Positions 34,381 through 44,872 of a stretch of DNA of 64,000 nt are shown here, in pieces. Position 1 is the first letter of the stretch. Every line of letters starts with the position of its first letter. The DNA lies in the NCBI GenBank assembly GCA_963823665.1, contig CAWGMQ010000010.1:128001-192000 (forward strand), written 5' to 3'. Both the position numbers and the translations under genes were made by a program. The notes beneath the pieces are model-generated. The model worked only from the letters and a program-made list of their open reading frames with translations, was not told the DNA's origin and searched no databases. Origin of the DNA: an uncultured Planctomycetota bacterium (GTDB taxonomy: Bacteria > Planctomycetota > Planctomycetia > Isosphaerales > Isosphaeraceae).

Positions 34381-36839
34381 CCCCGCCGGAGCCGTCACCC
34401 CGGGCAAGCCCGCCGCAGGCACGCTCCCCGGCGTTCCCGGTGCACCCGGCGCATTCGCCCCCGTCGCCTTCTCGAGCGCCGACTCGAATGCCTTCGACTT
34501 CTTGAGCGACTCCGCTTCAATCGTCTCCTCGAGCTTGGCCGATGTCGGCTCGGTTGCATACGCCTTCTCGGCTTCGCTCAGCTTCTTCGCCTCGTCCTCG
34601 AGCTTCGTCTTCAGCTCCTCGGGAGTCTGCGGCAGCGACTCCGGCTTCACCGGTATCCACACGAATTGCAGCAGGAAGTCGGTCCGCGTCAGCAACCGCA
34701 TGTCCTTCTTCGTGACCGCGCCCGCAGTGCCGCCCCCACCGCCGCCCATCATCCCGCCGCCCATCATCCCGCCGCCCATCATCCCGCGCCCCATTGACGC
34801 GTTCATATCTCGCATCAAGCCCGCGTTCCCCTGGTTGACCTGGCTGCCCATGCCGCCTCCCATCATGCCGCTCCCCATCATGGCGCCGCCGCCGGCGTTG
34901 CGCCTCCCACCCGTGCCCCCTCCGGCTTCCGGACCGCCCCCTTCTGCGGCCGGTGGCGCTCGCCCGGTCGAGCAGCGGCACGGTGTTGCTGGCCAGGTTG
35001 TTGGTCTGTGTCCCCTTGTCGCTCGTCCACTCCCGATCGGGAATCAGCGAGGCGACCGCAATATGGTCCACGCCGAAAAGCCGCAGCGCCGGCACGTTCA
35101 GCTTCGTGAGCACCTTGTCCGTGATGAATTGATACGGCCCGAACTCGACCCGCCGCGGGTCTGTTGGCTCGAGCGCCCGCTGGGCCCGCGACGGATACGG
35201 ATTATAGTGGTGGCACACGAGCTGGATCACCCACCCCTCTCCCGTCGGCGCCGTCTTCGCATCCAACGGATGCATCAGCTTCAAGAACGTGGTGTCGATC
35301 TTGTCGAACCACTCGGCCTTGACGTCGTTACGCCACACCGGCTTGATCGCGTCGATGTGCACGCTGAGCTTCTCGATCGCGGACTGGTCTGCCGGTGCGC
35401 TCGGATCAAGCCCGTAATCGCGCACCGGGTCCGGGAAATACCCGCTGATCGTCTTCAGGAACTGCGGCCACATGGCCCGATCCTTCGGGTCCACGATCAG
35501 CGCCGTTCCTTCGCTGTACTTGGCCTCGAAATCCTTCTTCGCCGCCTCAAAGGCCTGCTTCTGGGCCGCGCCGTTCTTGCTCACGTTCTTCGCCTGGCTC
35601 GACCGCGTCCTTGAACTGCGGCGTGGTAACGCCCGCGAGCACCCGGAAATCACCCAGCGTGAACAGCAGTGTGAGCCCCAGCAGAATGAGCGCCGATGCC
35701 GCCAGCGCCCACGGCTTCTTGGCCCGGATCAGCCGCACTCGCTCGATCTCCGGCGGCAGCAGGTTCGTACTCAGTGCCCCGCGCGATAGGCCCTGGACTC
35801 CCAGCCCGTACGCCACCGCGAACGAGGCAAGGTTGTCCTGGAATTGCGGAGCCGACTTCACTTCGTCACCCAGCAGCTTGTCAAAGCCCTCGAGCTTGCC
35901 GACCTCGTTGCTCAGGTTCTGCTGCAGGAACTTCTGCAAGCCCGGCAGTTTGAAGCCGTTACCCATGCCGACGATCTTCTTGATCTTGGCCGTGCGGTTG
36001 ATGCTCGAATAGAAGCCGATCGACCGGTTGATCTCGCTGGCGAAGTCGTTGAACACCCCACGCATCGCCGTGAAGATCGCCCGCGGATCCGGTGCCTTGG
36101 TCGCGTTCCGCTTCAGGTGTTCGGCCTTCGCGAAGGTGAGCTTCAGCTCTTTGGTAAGTGCCCGCGTGAAGTGATTGCCGCCGATCGGCACGTTTCGCTG
36201 CCAGATCCGGGCGCCGTCCGTGATGATCAGGTCCGTGTTGTCGGCCCCGATGTCCAGCAGAACGATCGAGTCCTTCGACCCGCTCCCCTTCAACTGGTCG
36301 AACGTGACGTAGTTATAAAGCGCGATCGGGCTCATCTGAACCATGTCAACCTCGATCCCCGCCACCGCAAACGGCAGGATCGCCCGGTTGATCTGGTCAC
36401 GCTTCATCGCGAAGAGCCCCACCTCCGCCATCGTGAAATCTTCCTCGTTGACCTCGTCCTCCGTGCCGATCTGCTGGTACGCCCAGACCACCTCATCGAG
36501 CGCAAACGGAATCTGCTGCTTGGCCTCGAACTTGACAATGTCCGGGATCCGCTTCTTCTCGACCGGCGGCAGCTTGATGAACTTCACCAGCCCCGACTGC
36601 CCCGGCACCGCGATCGCCACCTTGCATCCCTTGAGATCATTCCGCTCGGTGAAGGTGGCGAGCGCCTCGCGCACCAGTTCGTCCGGGTCGGCGTCCGGCT
36701 GGCTGAGGATCTTCGGGTATTCGATGAAGTCGAACGCCTCGGCCACCACCTGCTCGGCGGTCTCGCCCGGAACGAGCTTCAGCGCCTTGAGAGCGGCCTG
36801 GCCGATGTCGATGGCCCATACGGCCTGTATCTTAGCCAT
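34339..36839 (-). CDS. pilM: Type IV pilus assembly PilM fused to a PilN-like region (frameshifts ~35605 and ~34960)
   Basis: WAIDIGQAALKA, FEAKQQIPF, LLDIGADNT and IGGNHFT actin-like fold, then TNLLPPE + TM (PilN-type INLLP). Confidence 0.85.
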
Positions 36840-36953
36840 GCGGACGAGCTCCTTTGCAGCATGCGCGACGAAAAGCCAGTGACGCGTCCGATCGCGCTCT
36901 GCGGAACAAGGTTCCCTGATTCAAATCACATTGCTGATTCAGATCACGTTGCT

Positions 36954-37063
36954 GATATTGCTGTTGTGAAACGTCGAACTACCCGATCGACCCAGAGTCG
37001 CCTTTCGCTCCGCGAAAGTGCATCCCGATATTGTTGTTGTGGAACGTGGAACTACCCGATCGA
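36954..37063. repeat. Same palindrome between 37-bp imperfect direct repeats
   Basis: GATATTG.TGTTGTG.AACGT.GAACTACCCGATCGA at 36954 and 37027. Confidence 0.85.
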
Positions 37064-37487
37064 GAAAATCGGCGAGATTGTAACAACCTCACGCCGTCCT
37101 CGGCGAGCCCCTACGAGAGACCGCTGGCTTGCCCCGGCTGGTCGAACCCAGACGAAGCCCTCAGCCCGGCGAAGCTGCCCCTCGCCCGAGATCCTTAACC
37201 CTTTTGACGACCCGCTTTCCCAAAAAGTTCCGCGAGGGAATGCGGAATTCCCCCCGGCCGAGTGGCCGGGCGGCTGAATGGGTCAATCCCTGCTGCCGAA
37301 CCAGTTGGTGCGATCGTTCTTGCCGGTGAAGTTTAACACACGTTTCGGCATTCCTCCCCCCACCGTGGGGGAGGTGCCGCCACAGGCGGTGGTGGTGGGG
37401 GGTGCGCAGGCGAATGACCGCGGAGCCCAGCGGCGTTCTTGTCACAGCCACCCTCAGTGGAGGGATCGTCCACAGCGACGGTAGCCC

Positions 37488-37755
37488 TGGGCTGTTGAAA
37501 ATATGCAGTGTAGCGAGCCGAGATTTCCCGGCGGGAGTATTGCGCCAACTTTCCCCCCCTCGCAAAACAACGGGGGGGTGAAGGGTGTCACCCGCCAGTG
37601 ATCCGATCGCAGCACCTCGCACCAGCGAATGCCCCGCATTTCCCTTTTCCCCGCTTGCAAAGGGGGGGGCCGTCCCGGCGGTCGCGGACCGAGGGTCGCT
37701 CGACCGCATCACTCCCACTCCGTCTCCTACTCCTACCCCTACTCCTCCTCCCCTT
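37488..37755 (-). repeat. Dispersed composite repeat, copy B (MITE-like)
   Basis: Homologous to 6935-7150 and 9790-9865. One end reads GGCTGTTGAAAA. Confidence 0.6.
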
Positions 37756-37951
37756 TTCCGCCCTCTTGCATTGCCAGAGCCAGCGTGCGCCGAACACAAT
37801 GGCGTATAAAAAAGATCCAAACCTCAAGAATCGCCCGATACTCGCCATCCCCTTCGTTTATAAAGACTTACGCGTGTCGAGGCCATTCGAGCAGATGCCA
37901 CGATTTCGCCCATTTTTCGCTCAAACTCCTTGTCAAAACAGACGTTAAGTG

Positions 37952-38012
37952 CGTGTCGATGTCGTGTCGATGTCGTGTCGAGGCGTGTCGAGAACGTGTC
38001 GATGTGTGACGA
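37952..38012 (+). repeat. CGTGTCGA repeated at a 10-11 bp period
   Basis: Copies at 37952, 37963, 37974, 37984 and 37995. Confidence 0.85.
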
Positions 38013-39279
38013 GAACGATTGCTTGGACAAACCCGCGACCTTACGTTTTCAGCCCCCGGGAGGGGGCAAGAGCACGTAGCCAGGCCCTGGAACTCAAACA
38101 TAGTGAACAACCCGGTGCCATCGATGTGGCAATTTTGCGGTGGCAGCGCCACGAGGGTTTGGCAATCGCCGGAACATACTCACGCAACGCCCGATCCCTA
38201 TATTCGGATTGGACATGCGGAGCAACCGTCTCCACCCTGGATGACTGTTGTGGCGTGGCGCAAAGCGGCGCAAAGCGGCGCGAATTCGAGGGTGTTCCAG
38301 CATCCGTACACCGGTGTAAATTGGCGGATTCCAGCAACCGCCAATGGTCGTCATCCAAAGGTTGTCGAAGCTCGTTCAATGCAGTTGGAATCACGCTCTC
38401 GTCTCCGGATGAATGGATTTGGATAAAGGACCGCGCCGTCATGCTCCCGGCTAGGTCAGGCTTTCTCACGCCGCCCGCGAGCGCACGCGCGGCACCTATC
38501 TAGATGATCTACAAAACCCCCGACCCGTTTGCGCGAAAGATGTGGTATTCGTCCATTTCGAGAGAGATTCCTCCGCCCTCCGCCCTGATTCCCGGCCTTG
38601 GCCCTGATAATCGGGCGAGTTCGTTTTGTAGATTTGACGATGCTCCTTTGCCTGTAAACATTAAGGGAACGCCGGTGATCGCCGTCAGCGTGCCTGGGCT
38701 GGGAGTGGCCGCGTGCCGGTTCCCTGCATTGCCGCAGTCAATCTCCTTTGCGCCGTTCCGCCTTTGTGTGAACTCATCTTCGTCTTCCATCTCAAGAGTC
38801 CGGCACGGCCGAGTCATTCCTGTAACCGGCCTCCGCTTCTTTGCGCCTTTGCGTGAGCTCATCTCCATGTGCAATTTCAAACGAAGAGTACCGGTTGTAA
38901 CGCGTTGATGCCCCCTTTTGTGTGCGCGCTGTGCCACGCGGACGTGCTCCGCAGCCCGACTGGCCTGCTGCCCGGACACCTGGCCAGTCTTTGCCAGCCG
39001 GCAACTCCGTGCCTCACCCGGCAACGCCGCCATGTTCCGTTTCCGATCCTCGATCTTCTTTCCGCATCACGAAAAACTCCCGTTACTGCGCCTGAAAGGA
39101 TGCGGCGATTTGGAGCGAACTCGAGCCACTGGACTGGCGACCGAATCCGATGGAGAATGGTGAACATGCGCCACGTTGGACGCACCCTGACCCCGGCCCC
39201 CCGCTACGATGCAGTGGCCGAACGTTGAGTCCGGCCAGGCTCACAAAGAAAGTAAGATCCGTGTACCAGGATCTCCACG

Positions 39280-40452
39280 ATGAACGATGACAAGCAATCG
39301 GTCCGGCGTTGGAACTTGCTGAAGATGCTTTCGTCTCGAAGGCACGGCGTCAGTATTGGCGACATGGCCGATGAGATGGCTTCAGGCGAGAAGACGATTC
39401 GTCGCGATCTCGACTTCTTTCGACGACGCGGCGTCCGGCTCACCGAGGAGGTAGCAGATCGCGGCCGAAAGCACTTTAAGCTCGCAAAACTGCCAGCCGA
39501 AGCGGACCACTCGCTCGACTACCTGGAGGCCTACGCGCTTTATGTGAGTCGCGAGTTTCTCGAGCCTCTCGCCGGGACAAATCTGTGGGACTCCGCGCAA
39601 TCCGCCTTCAGGAAAATCAAGTGCTCGTTGAACAACACGGCGCTCAGCTACCTGAGTCAATTCGGAGACATGATCCATCGCACGGTCGCCCGGGCTGACT
39701 ATTCCAAGAAAGCCGAGGTGATCGACGCACTGATGGTCGCGATCGAAGACACACAGGTGGTCAGCGTCGCCTATCAATCATTGAACGCCACCGAGCCAAG
39801 TACGAGAGAGCTGCACCCGCATGGTTTCATGTACAATTTCCGAGCGCTCTACCTGGTCGCCTACGCGCCCGAGCACCGCGCGATCCGCACGTACAAGGTC
39901 AACCGGATCGAGGATGTGCAGCCGACGAAGAAGACATTCGAGAGGCTCGCGAATTTCGACATACGCAAATATCTCGAGGGCTCGTTCGGAGTCCACTCCA
40001 GCTCGGGCGAATGGTTCGATGTCCGCGTGCGATTTGACGCGGTGGTCGCCCGATACGTCTCCGAGACATGCTGGCACCCGACCCAGCGTCTCGTTCCGCA
40101 GCGCGATGGCTCTCTCATCGCCGAGTTTCGCCTGAACACCGCGGAGGAGCTGCGAAGCTGGACCCTCGGCTTTGGTTCGCACGCAACGGTCTTAGAACCG
40201 CTCGCACTCAGAAATTCGTTGCGTGATGAGCTCCGCCGCGCACTGGAATCCTATCCGGACGCCCCGCCCGCAGGCCAGGGCGATTCGACGTGCGACGAAT
40301 CCAAGCCCTCGCCGCTGCGCGACGATCGCGAGACCGCCGAGATGAAGGCCGAAGCCAAACCCAACCGCCAGCAAACCCGCACCAAAATCGCAACGGCGCC
40401 GAAGCGAGAAACCGATCGAGAAAAACCTCGGCTTGCTCCAGAACATGGCTGA
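39280..40452 (+). CDS. HTH-WYL-WCX transcriptional regulator
   Basis: KTIRRDL winged HTH, LYLVAY..IRTYKVNRI WYL core and WTLGFGSHATVLEP..LR WCX. Confidence 0.92.
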   Translation: MNDDKQSVRRWNLLKMLSSRRHGVSIGDMADEMASGEKTIRRDLDFFRRRGVRLTEEVADRGRKHFKLAKLPAEADHSLDYLEAYALYVSREFLEPLAGTNLWDSAQSAFRKIKCSLNNTALSYLSQFGDMIHRTVARADYSKKAEVIDALMVAIEDTQVVSVAYQSLNATEPSTRELHPHGFMYNFRALYLVAYAPEHRAIRTYKVNRIEDVQPTKKTFERLANFDIRKYLEGSFGVHSSSGEWFDVRVRFDAVVARYVSETCWHPTQRLVPQRDGSLIAEFRLNTAEELRSWTLGFGSHATVLEPLALRNSLRDELRRALESYPDAPPAGQGDSTCDESKPSPLRDDRETAEMKAEAKPNRQQTRTKIATAPKRETDREKPRLAPEHG

Positions 40453-40455
40453 TCG

Positions 40456-43269
40456 ATGACTCCTGGGCATCGTATACACATGATCGAGTTTAGCGAAATC
40501 TTCAAAAAACTGACGGACAATCCGCCGCTCTCGTGGCAGTCACGGCTCTACGCCAACCACTTTGTCGGCGAAAACAGCCTGCCCGCTGTCATCGACCTGC
40601 CGACCGGACTTGGCAAGACGATGGTCATGGCGATCTGGTTGATCGCCCGAGCGACGAACCGCCGACTACCCACGCGGTTGATTTACGTCGTCGATCGGCG
40701 AACGGTCGTGGATCAGGCGACCGACCTGGCGGAGAGGCTGGTCAAAAACTGGAAGGAAAAGCGACTCTTCGCGGAAGACCCGCCCGCCATCTCCACCCTG
40801 CGCGGCCAACTCGCCGACAACCGCGAATGGACGCGCGACCCAACTAAACCTGCGATCATCATTGGCACGGTCGATCTCATCGGATCGGCCCTCCTCTTCT
40901 CGGGCTACCGGTCCAGCTACAAGCGTCGACCGCGCGAAGCGGGCTTGCTGGGACAAGATTCGCTACTTGTCTTGGACGAGGCACACCTGTCCAGACCGTT
41001 TGAAAAGCTCATCTGCGCCATAAACACCGACGGGCCATTTCAGAAAAACGGCGATGAGAAAACAAAAAGCAAGCCCATGTGCGTCATCCGCATGTCGGCC
41101 ACGAGCGGTGGCTTGATAGACTCGAAACCGCCGTTCATGTTGCAATTCGATTCCGATGGAAATCTGACCCGCGAGGATGCCAAAGACGAAACCACGATCA
41201 AGCGATTCGGCGCGTCAAAGACCTTGTCGATTGTCGAAGACGCGAAGTTGGTCGAAACCATCGCCAAGTACGCCGACAAACTGGCGACCGACAAGCCCGG
41301 GTCGCGAATCGTTATCTTCGTCCAAACACCCAAGCTGGTTGGTGATGTTCGTAAGGCGCTCGAAAAGAAGAACAAGGATTACGGCAGACGCACCGCGCAG
41401 TTGACCGGCACGATGCGTGGACTGGAACGCGATGAGCTCGTCGACACTGAAAGGCTGCCCGGCGAAGACGAGCACGAATGTCGGGCGATGCGACGGTTCC
41501 TCAAGCCTGACAATGACTCCTCACTCGGTGAGTGTTTCCTCATCTCCACCAGCGCCAGCGAGGTCGGCTTTGATCTCAACGCCGACCACATGGTCTGCGA
41601 CGCCACCACGATCGATTCGTTCATCCAGAGGCTCGGGCGAGTGAACCGTCGCGGCGACGGTGCGGCGACGGTCGTGCTCGTCCGTGAGCCAGCGAAGCTG
41701 AAAGACGGCAAGCCGGTCGAGCTCAATGGCCTCGGCCTCGCGATCGCCAACACGCTCAAGCTCGTCGAATGCGTGACGGATGTCAGCCCCAAGAACATCG
41801 CCGCGCTGAAATCAGACAAGTGGAGAGACACCTACGCGGCCGCCTGCTCGCCGGAGCCAAAGATGGTCGAGCTCACTGACATCCTCCTCGATGCCTGGAG
41901 TATGACCAGCATCGTCGAGCCCATGCCCGGCCGGCCAGAGGTGGGACCGTGGCTGCGCGGGATCGACGACGAGCTGCCGCAAACCACCATCGCCTGGAGG
42001 ACGGAAATTGATCTTGATGGCTTTGCCGACCTCGACATCGACGACATCGAAGAGTGGTTTGACACGCATCGCGTCTTCACGCACGAGGCGCTCAGTGTGA
42101 AGACCAGCGATGCCGCCGCATGGTTCAAGGAGCGCTGGGATGCGCTTCTCGAGGCGCAACAACGCGAACTCGATAAGCGGGCTGTTGTTATTGATCGCGC
42201 CGGGATTCAGGTCGTCCCGCTGAGGGAAGTCATCACTCGCCTCTTACGCAAAGCTGCCGACGCCGATGCCTTCCTGCGCGGCGCGGAGGTTATCGTCCCC
42301 GCGTCCTTTGGCGGCATCCGGCGCGGAATTGGCCTGCTCGACCACACTCAGCCGAAGCTCGATAAGGCCGAAGCAGAAAAGACGCTCGAAGAACAATCGG
42401 CGATACTCAAACAGCGGGAGGCTGACGTCGATGTCGCCGACGTCGCGCCCGGGCGCCCGCGGCTTCGGGAGATCATCACGACGACCGAAGACGGCGACAA
42501 AGAATCGAAAACGATTGGCAACGGCACAAGGCCACAGAACGCAGTGCCATTCCGCCTCCGCGTTGAATCCGACGACGACAAGGCTGTCCGCGTCGTCAGC
42601 TACATCTCGCGCCGGGAGAAGCCTGAATTAGGATTGCAAAGGCAGACTCTGCGAGAGCACGTCGGAGCGGTCCGCAAGGCCGTCGATCACATCCTCGCCC
42701 GACTCGCGCTCGCGAACCCTATGGAGCGAACCATTACGCTTGCCTCCCAACTCGCGGCCGACTACCACGACCACGGGAAGAACCGCGAACTCTGGCAACG
42801 GACAGTGAACGGCGAAGCAACCCCAGTGGGCAAAAACTGGCTCGATCACACTCTCGGCAAGTCCGGCGGCGAGATGAAGCGCGACCCTCGCGGCTATCGC
42901 CACGAATTTGGCTCACTTCGGGAGCTCACGGAAGCCTTCAATGCCGGAAAACTCCTCGAAAATGCCGACAAACCGATCACCGAGGAAGTTTTTGATCTCG
43001 CGATGCACCTCATCGCCACCCATCACGGCCGCGGTCGGCCGCATTTTCCCAGAGGGGCGTTCGATCCAGATTGCGAATCGCAATCGGATGCCATCCACAC
43101 CGAATCCATGCGCCGTTTCGCACGCCTTCAGCGCAAGTACGGCTGGTGGTACCTCGCGTGGCTGGAAAACCTGCTCCGCTGCGCCGACGCTCTAGCGAGC
43201 GAACAACCCAGTGACGGCGACAACAAGGACAACCGCGAGGCAAAGAAATCCGACGGAATCGAAACATGA
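40456..43269 (+). CDS. cas3: Type I-G Cas3 (helicase with a C-terminal HD nuclease)
   Basis: DLPTGLGKT, YVVDRRTVVDQ, DEAH, MSAT and QRLGRVNR, then LREH..YHDHGK..YRHE..HHG..RCAD. Confidence 0.95.
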   Translation: MTPGHRIHMIEFSEIFKKLTDNPPLSWQSRLYANHFVGENSLPAVIDLPTGLGKTMVMAIWLIARATNRRLPTRLIYVVDRRTVVDQATDLAERLVKNWKEKRLFAEDPPAISTLRGQLADNREWTRDPTKPAIIIGTVDLIGSALLFSGYRSSYKRRPREAGLLGQDSLLVLDEAHLSRPFEKLICAINTDGPFQKNGDEKTKSKPMCVIRMSATSGGLIDSKPPFMLQFDSDGNLTREDAKDETTIKRFGASKTLSIVEDAKLVETIAKYADKLATDKPGSRIVIFVQTPKLVGDVRKALEKKNKDYGRRTAQLTGTMRGLERDELVDTERLPGEDEHECRAMRRFLKPDNDSSLGECFLISTSASEVGFDLNADHMVCDATTIDSFIQRLGRVNRRGDGAATVVLVREPAKLKDGKPVELNGLGLAIANTLKLVECVTDVSPKNIAALKSDKWRDTYAAACSPEPKMVELTDILLDAWSMTSIVEPMPGRPEVGPWLRGIDDELPQTTIAWRTEIDLDGFADLDIDDIEEWFDTHRVFTHEALSVKTSDAAAWFKERWDALLEAQQRELDKRAVVIDRAGIQVVPLREVITRLLRKAADADAFLRGAEVIVPASFGGIRRGIGLLDHTQPKLDKAEAEKTLEEQSAILKQREADVDVADVAPGRPRLREIITTTEDGDKESKTIGNGTRPQNAVPFRLRVESDDDKAVRVVSYISRREKPELGLQRQTLREHVGAVRKAVDHILARLALANPMERTITLASQLAADYHDHGKNRELWQRTVNGEATPVGKNWLDHTLGKSGGEMKRDPRGYRHEFGSLRELTEAFNAGKLLENADKPITEEVFDLAMHLIATHHGRGRPHFPRGAFDPDCESQSDAIHTESMRRFARLQRKYGWWYLAWLENLLRCADALASEQPSDGDNKDNREAKKSDGIET

Positions 43270-43292
43270 ACCGACAACTGTGCCCACACCCG

Positions 43293-43712
43293 CTACGGCA
43301 GAATCGTGCAGCGAGCTCGTTGATACCGGCCAAATCCTTGGTCGAAGGAAACGACCTCGAAGCCGCTGAGCTCGGCGAACGCGGCCAAATAGGCATCGTT
43401 CCAAACCTTCGGCGAGAACTGCTCGCCTTGCGTATGGGAGCGCCAGATCGCCTCGACGCCGTCCGGCTCGTCGGCGAATGCGACATTGGGGTCGGCCAAG
43501 AATGCATCGTAGGCAAGCCAGGCATCAGACATGGTGACCGCGGCCGGCCCCATGGCGGCCGGGTTCGACGCCAGGCGCAGAAAGCCCGCTTGCGTAAACC
43601 GGCAGAAGCAACGCGGCGCGGTCGCCGCGCCAAACCAAGCGACCGCCGGCGCGTGATGCACGTGCCGCTTGAACGCCAGCGCGAGCCAGACATTGACGTC
43701 AAGCAGATGCAT
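43293..43712 (-). CDS. vapC: VapC-family PIN ribonuclease toxin
   Basis: LLDVNVWLAL..HVHH, WNDAYLAAFA and VSFDQGF PIN motifs. Confidence 0.9.
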   Translation of the reverse strand: MHLLDVNVWLALAFKRHVHHAPAVAWFGAATAPRCFCRFTQAGFLRLASNPAAMGPAAVTMSDAWLAYDAFLADPNVAFADEPDGVEAIWRSHTQGEQFSPKVWNDAYLAAFAELSGFEVVSFDQGFGRYQRARCTILP

Positions 43713-43926
43713 CGTCGCGATCCAGTATCTCAGCGATGCGCTCGTTGGTCAAATCAATATCAGGCCGCCCGTCATAGTCGAAAATCGGCAGCGCGACCGG
43801 CCGCCCAGCCCTCGCGGAACGTGGCGGTTTCGCTGGAAACGAAACAGAAACACGCGTGCCTTCGGGCAATGGCACCGGCAGGTCCAGCACAATTACGCCA
43901 TTCTCAACCCGGCCAAGTAAGTTCAT
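43699..43926 (-). CDS. Putative antitoxin (DUF104/AF2212-like, 75 aa)
   Basis: GRVENGVIVL..PLPEGTRVSV motif. Overlaps the vapC start by 14 nt. Confidence 0.75.
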   Translation of the reverse strand: MNLLGRVENGVIVLDLPVPLPEGTRVSVSFPAKPPRSARAGRPVALPIFDYDGRPDIDLTNERIAEILDRDDASA

Positions 43927-43990
43927 GCCCTCATTGTCACTTCTTGCCCGGCTGGAATCAAGCGCAGCCGCGGACGCAGGGAGAACAACC

Positions 43991-44872
43991 GTGACCACTC
44001 CCGAACCCAACATCAATATCCCCGTTGACCTGACCAATCCCGGCCAGTTCTTCGCCTCCTGCGGTCTACTCGAGCTAGCCGACCGCCTCTGGCCGGGGGC
44101 TGAAGGGGTTCCCGGAGTGGTTGGATGGTTCGAGCGACGGCACTTCTGCATGCTTACCGAGGACCGATCCAAAACGCTACAGGAACTTCTGGCACAGGCG
44201 CGGGAGGTGACGTTCGATGTCGGCGACGACTCAGAGAGCGAGGAGGACGACGAGGAAAATGGCAAGAATCAGCAAGTCGAGCCGATCCGCTTGCATTGGA
44301 GTAACGAAAAACACGCGATCCATCTCGATTGGTGGTCGGAGAAGGCCCTCAAACCATGGGCTGGCTCGATGAAGGAACGTGTGATACTTCGGGCAATGCT
44401 CACCGCCATTGATCCAACGAAAGATGACCCATTTAACCATCTCAAATTCGTTCCCTACCAATCGCCGAAACTGACGAAGGCGGGAAAGAAGTCGAAGCCG
44501 GAGAAAAAAGAGCCGTTCTATTTCGATCCTCGCCGCGGAAACAAATCGCATCCCCTTGACTGCGGTTTCTCACCTAACGCGCACGGCATGGAGGCTGAGT
44601 GTTGTCCAGCCCTGGAATCGCTCTGTTTCATCGGCCTACAACGCGCGCGGCCGGCGCCGACCGCAGTTGCGAATCAATCCCGCTACACCGTCTGGCACCG
44701 GGTGTCGGATGAACAGCCCGGGATACCGGCGAACCTCGTCGGCGCGGTTGCTTGTGCCGCCATTCGCTTGCCGCGTTCGAACGATTACATCTTTGACAAT
44801 TACTTCCGCAGCGACCAACGCAAACACAAGACCTTTTCCCAAGCGATCCTCGAAAGGAGCCTCCATGTCTGA
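43991..44872 (+). CDS. cas8g: Type I-G short large subunit (Cas8g / Csb3-like, 293 aa)
   Basis: IPVDLTNPGQFFASCGLLELA, FDPR..LDCGFS and LESLCFIGLQ motifs. GGAG RBS + GTG. Lies between cas3 and cas7. Confidence 0.8.
   Translation: MTTPEPNINIPVDLTNPGQFFASCGLLELADRLWPGAEGVPGVVGWFERRHFCMLTEDRSKTLQELLAQAREVTFDVGDDSESEEDDEENGKNQQVEPIRLHWSNEKHAIHLDWWSEKALKPWAGSMKERVILRAMLTAIDPTKDDPFNHLKFVPYQSPKLTKAGKKSKPEKKEPFYFDPRRGNKSHPLDCGFSPNAHGMEAECCPALESLCFIGLQRARPAPTAVANQSRYTVWHRVSDEQPGIPANLVGAVACAAIRLPRSNDYIFDNYFRSDQRKHKTFSQAILERSLHV

Noticed and set aside
38019..39228. Short overlapping ORFs upstream of the WYL gene
   Set aside because: No recognisable motifs or RBS, and partly composed of dispersed repeats (CTTTGCGCC...GCGTGA).
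43266..43994. 242-aa plus-strand ORF bridging cas3 and cas8g as an extra cas gene
   Set aside because: Arg-rich with no motifs, and fully antisense to a well-supported vapBC pair.
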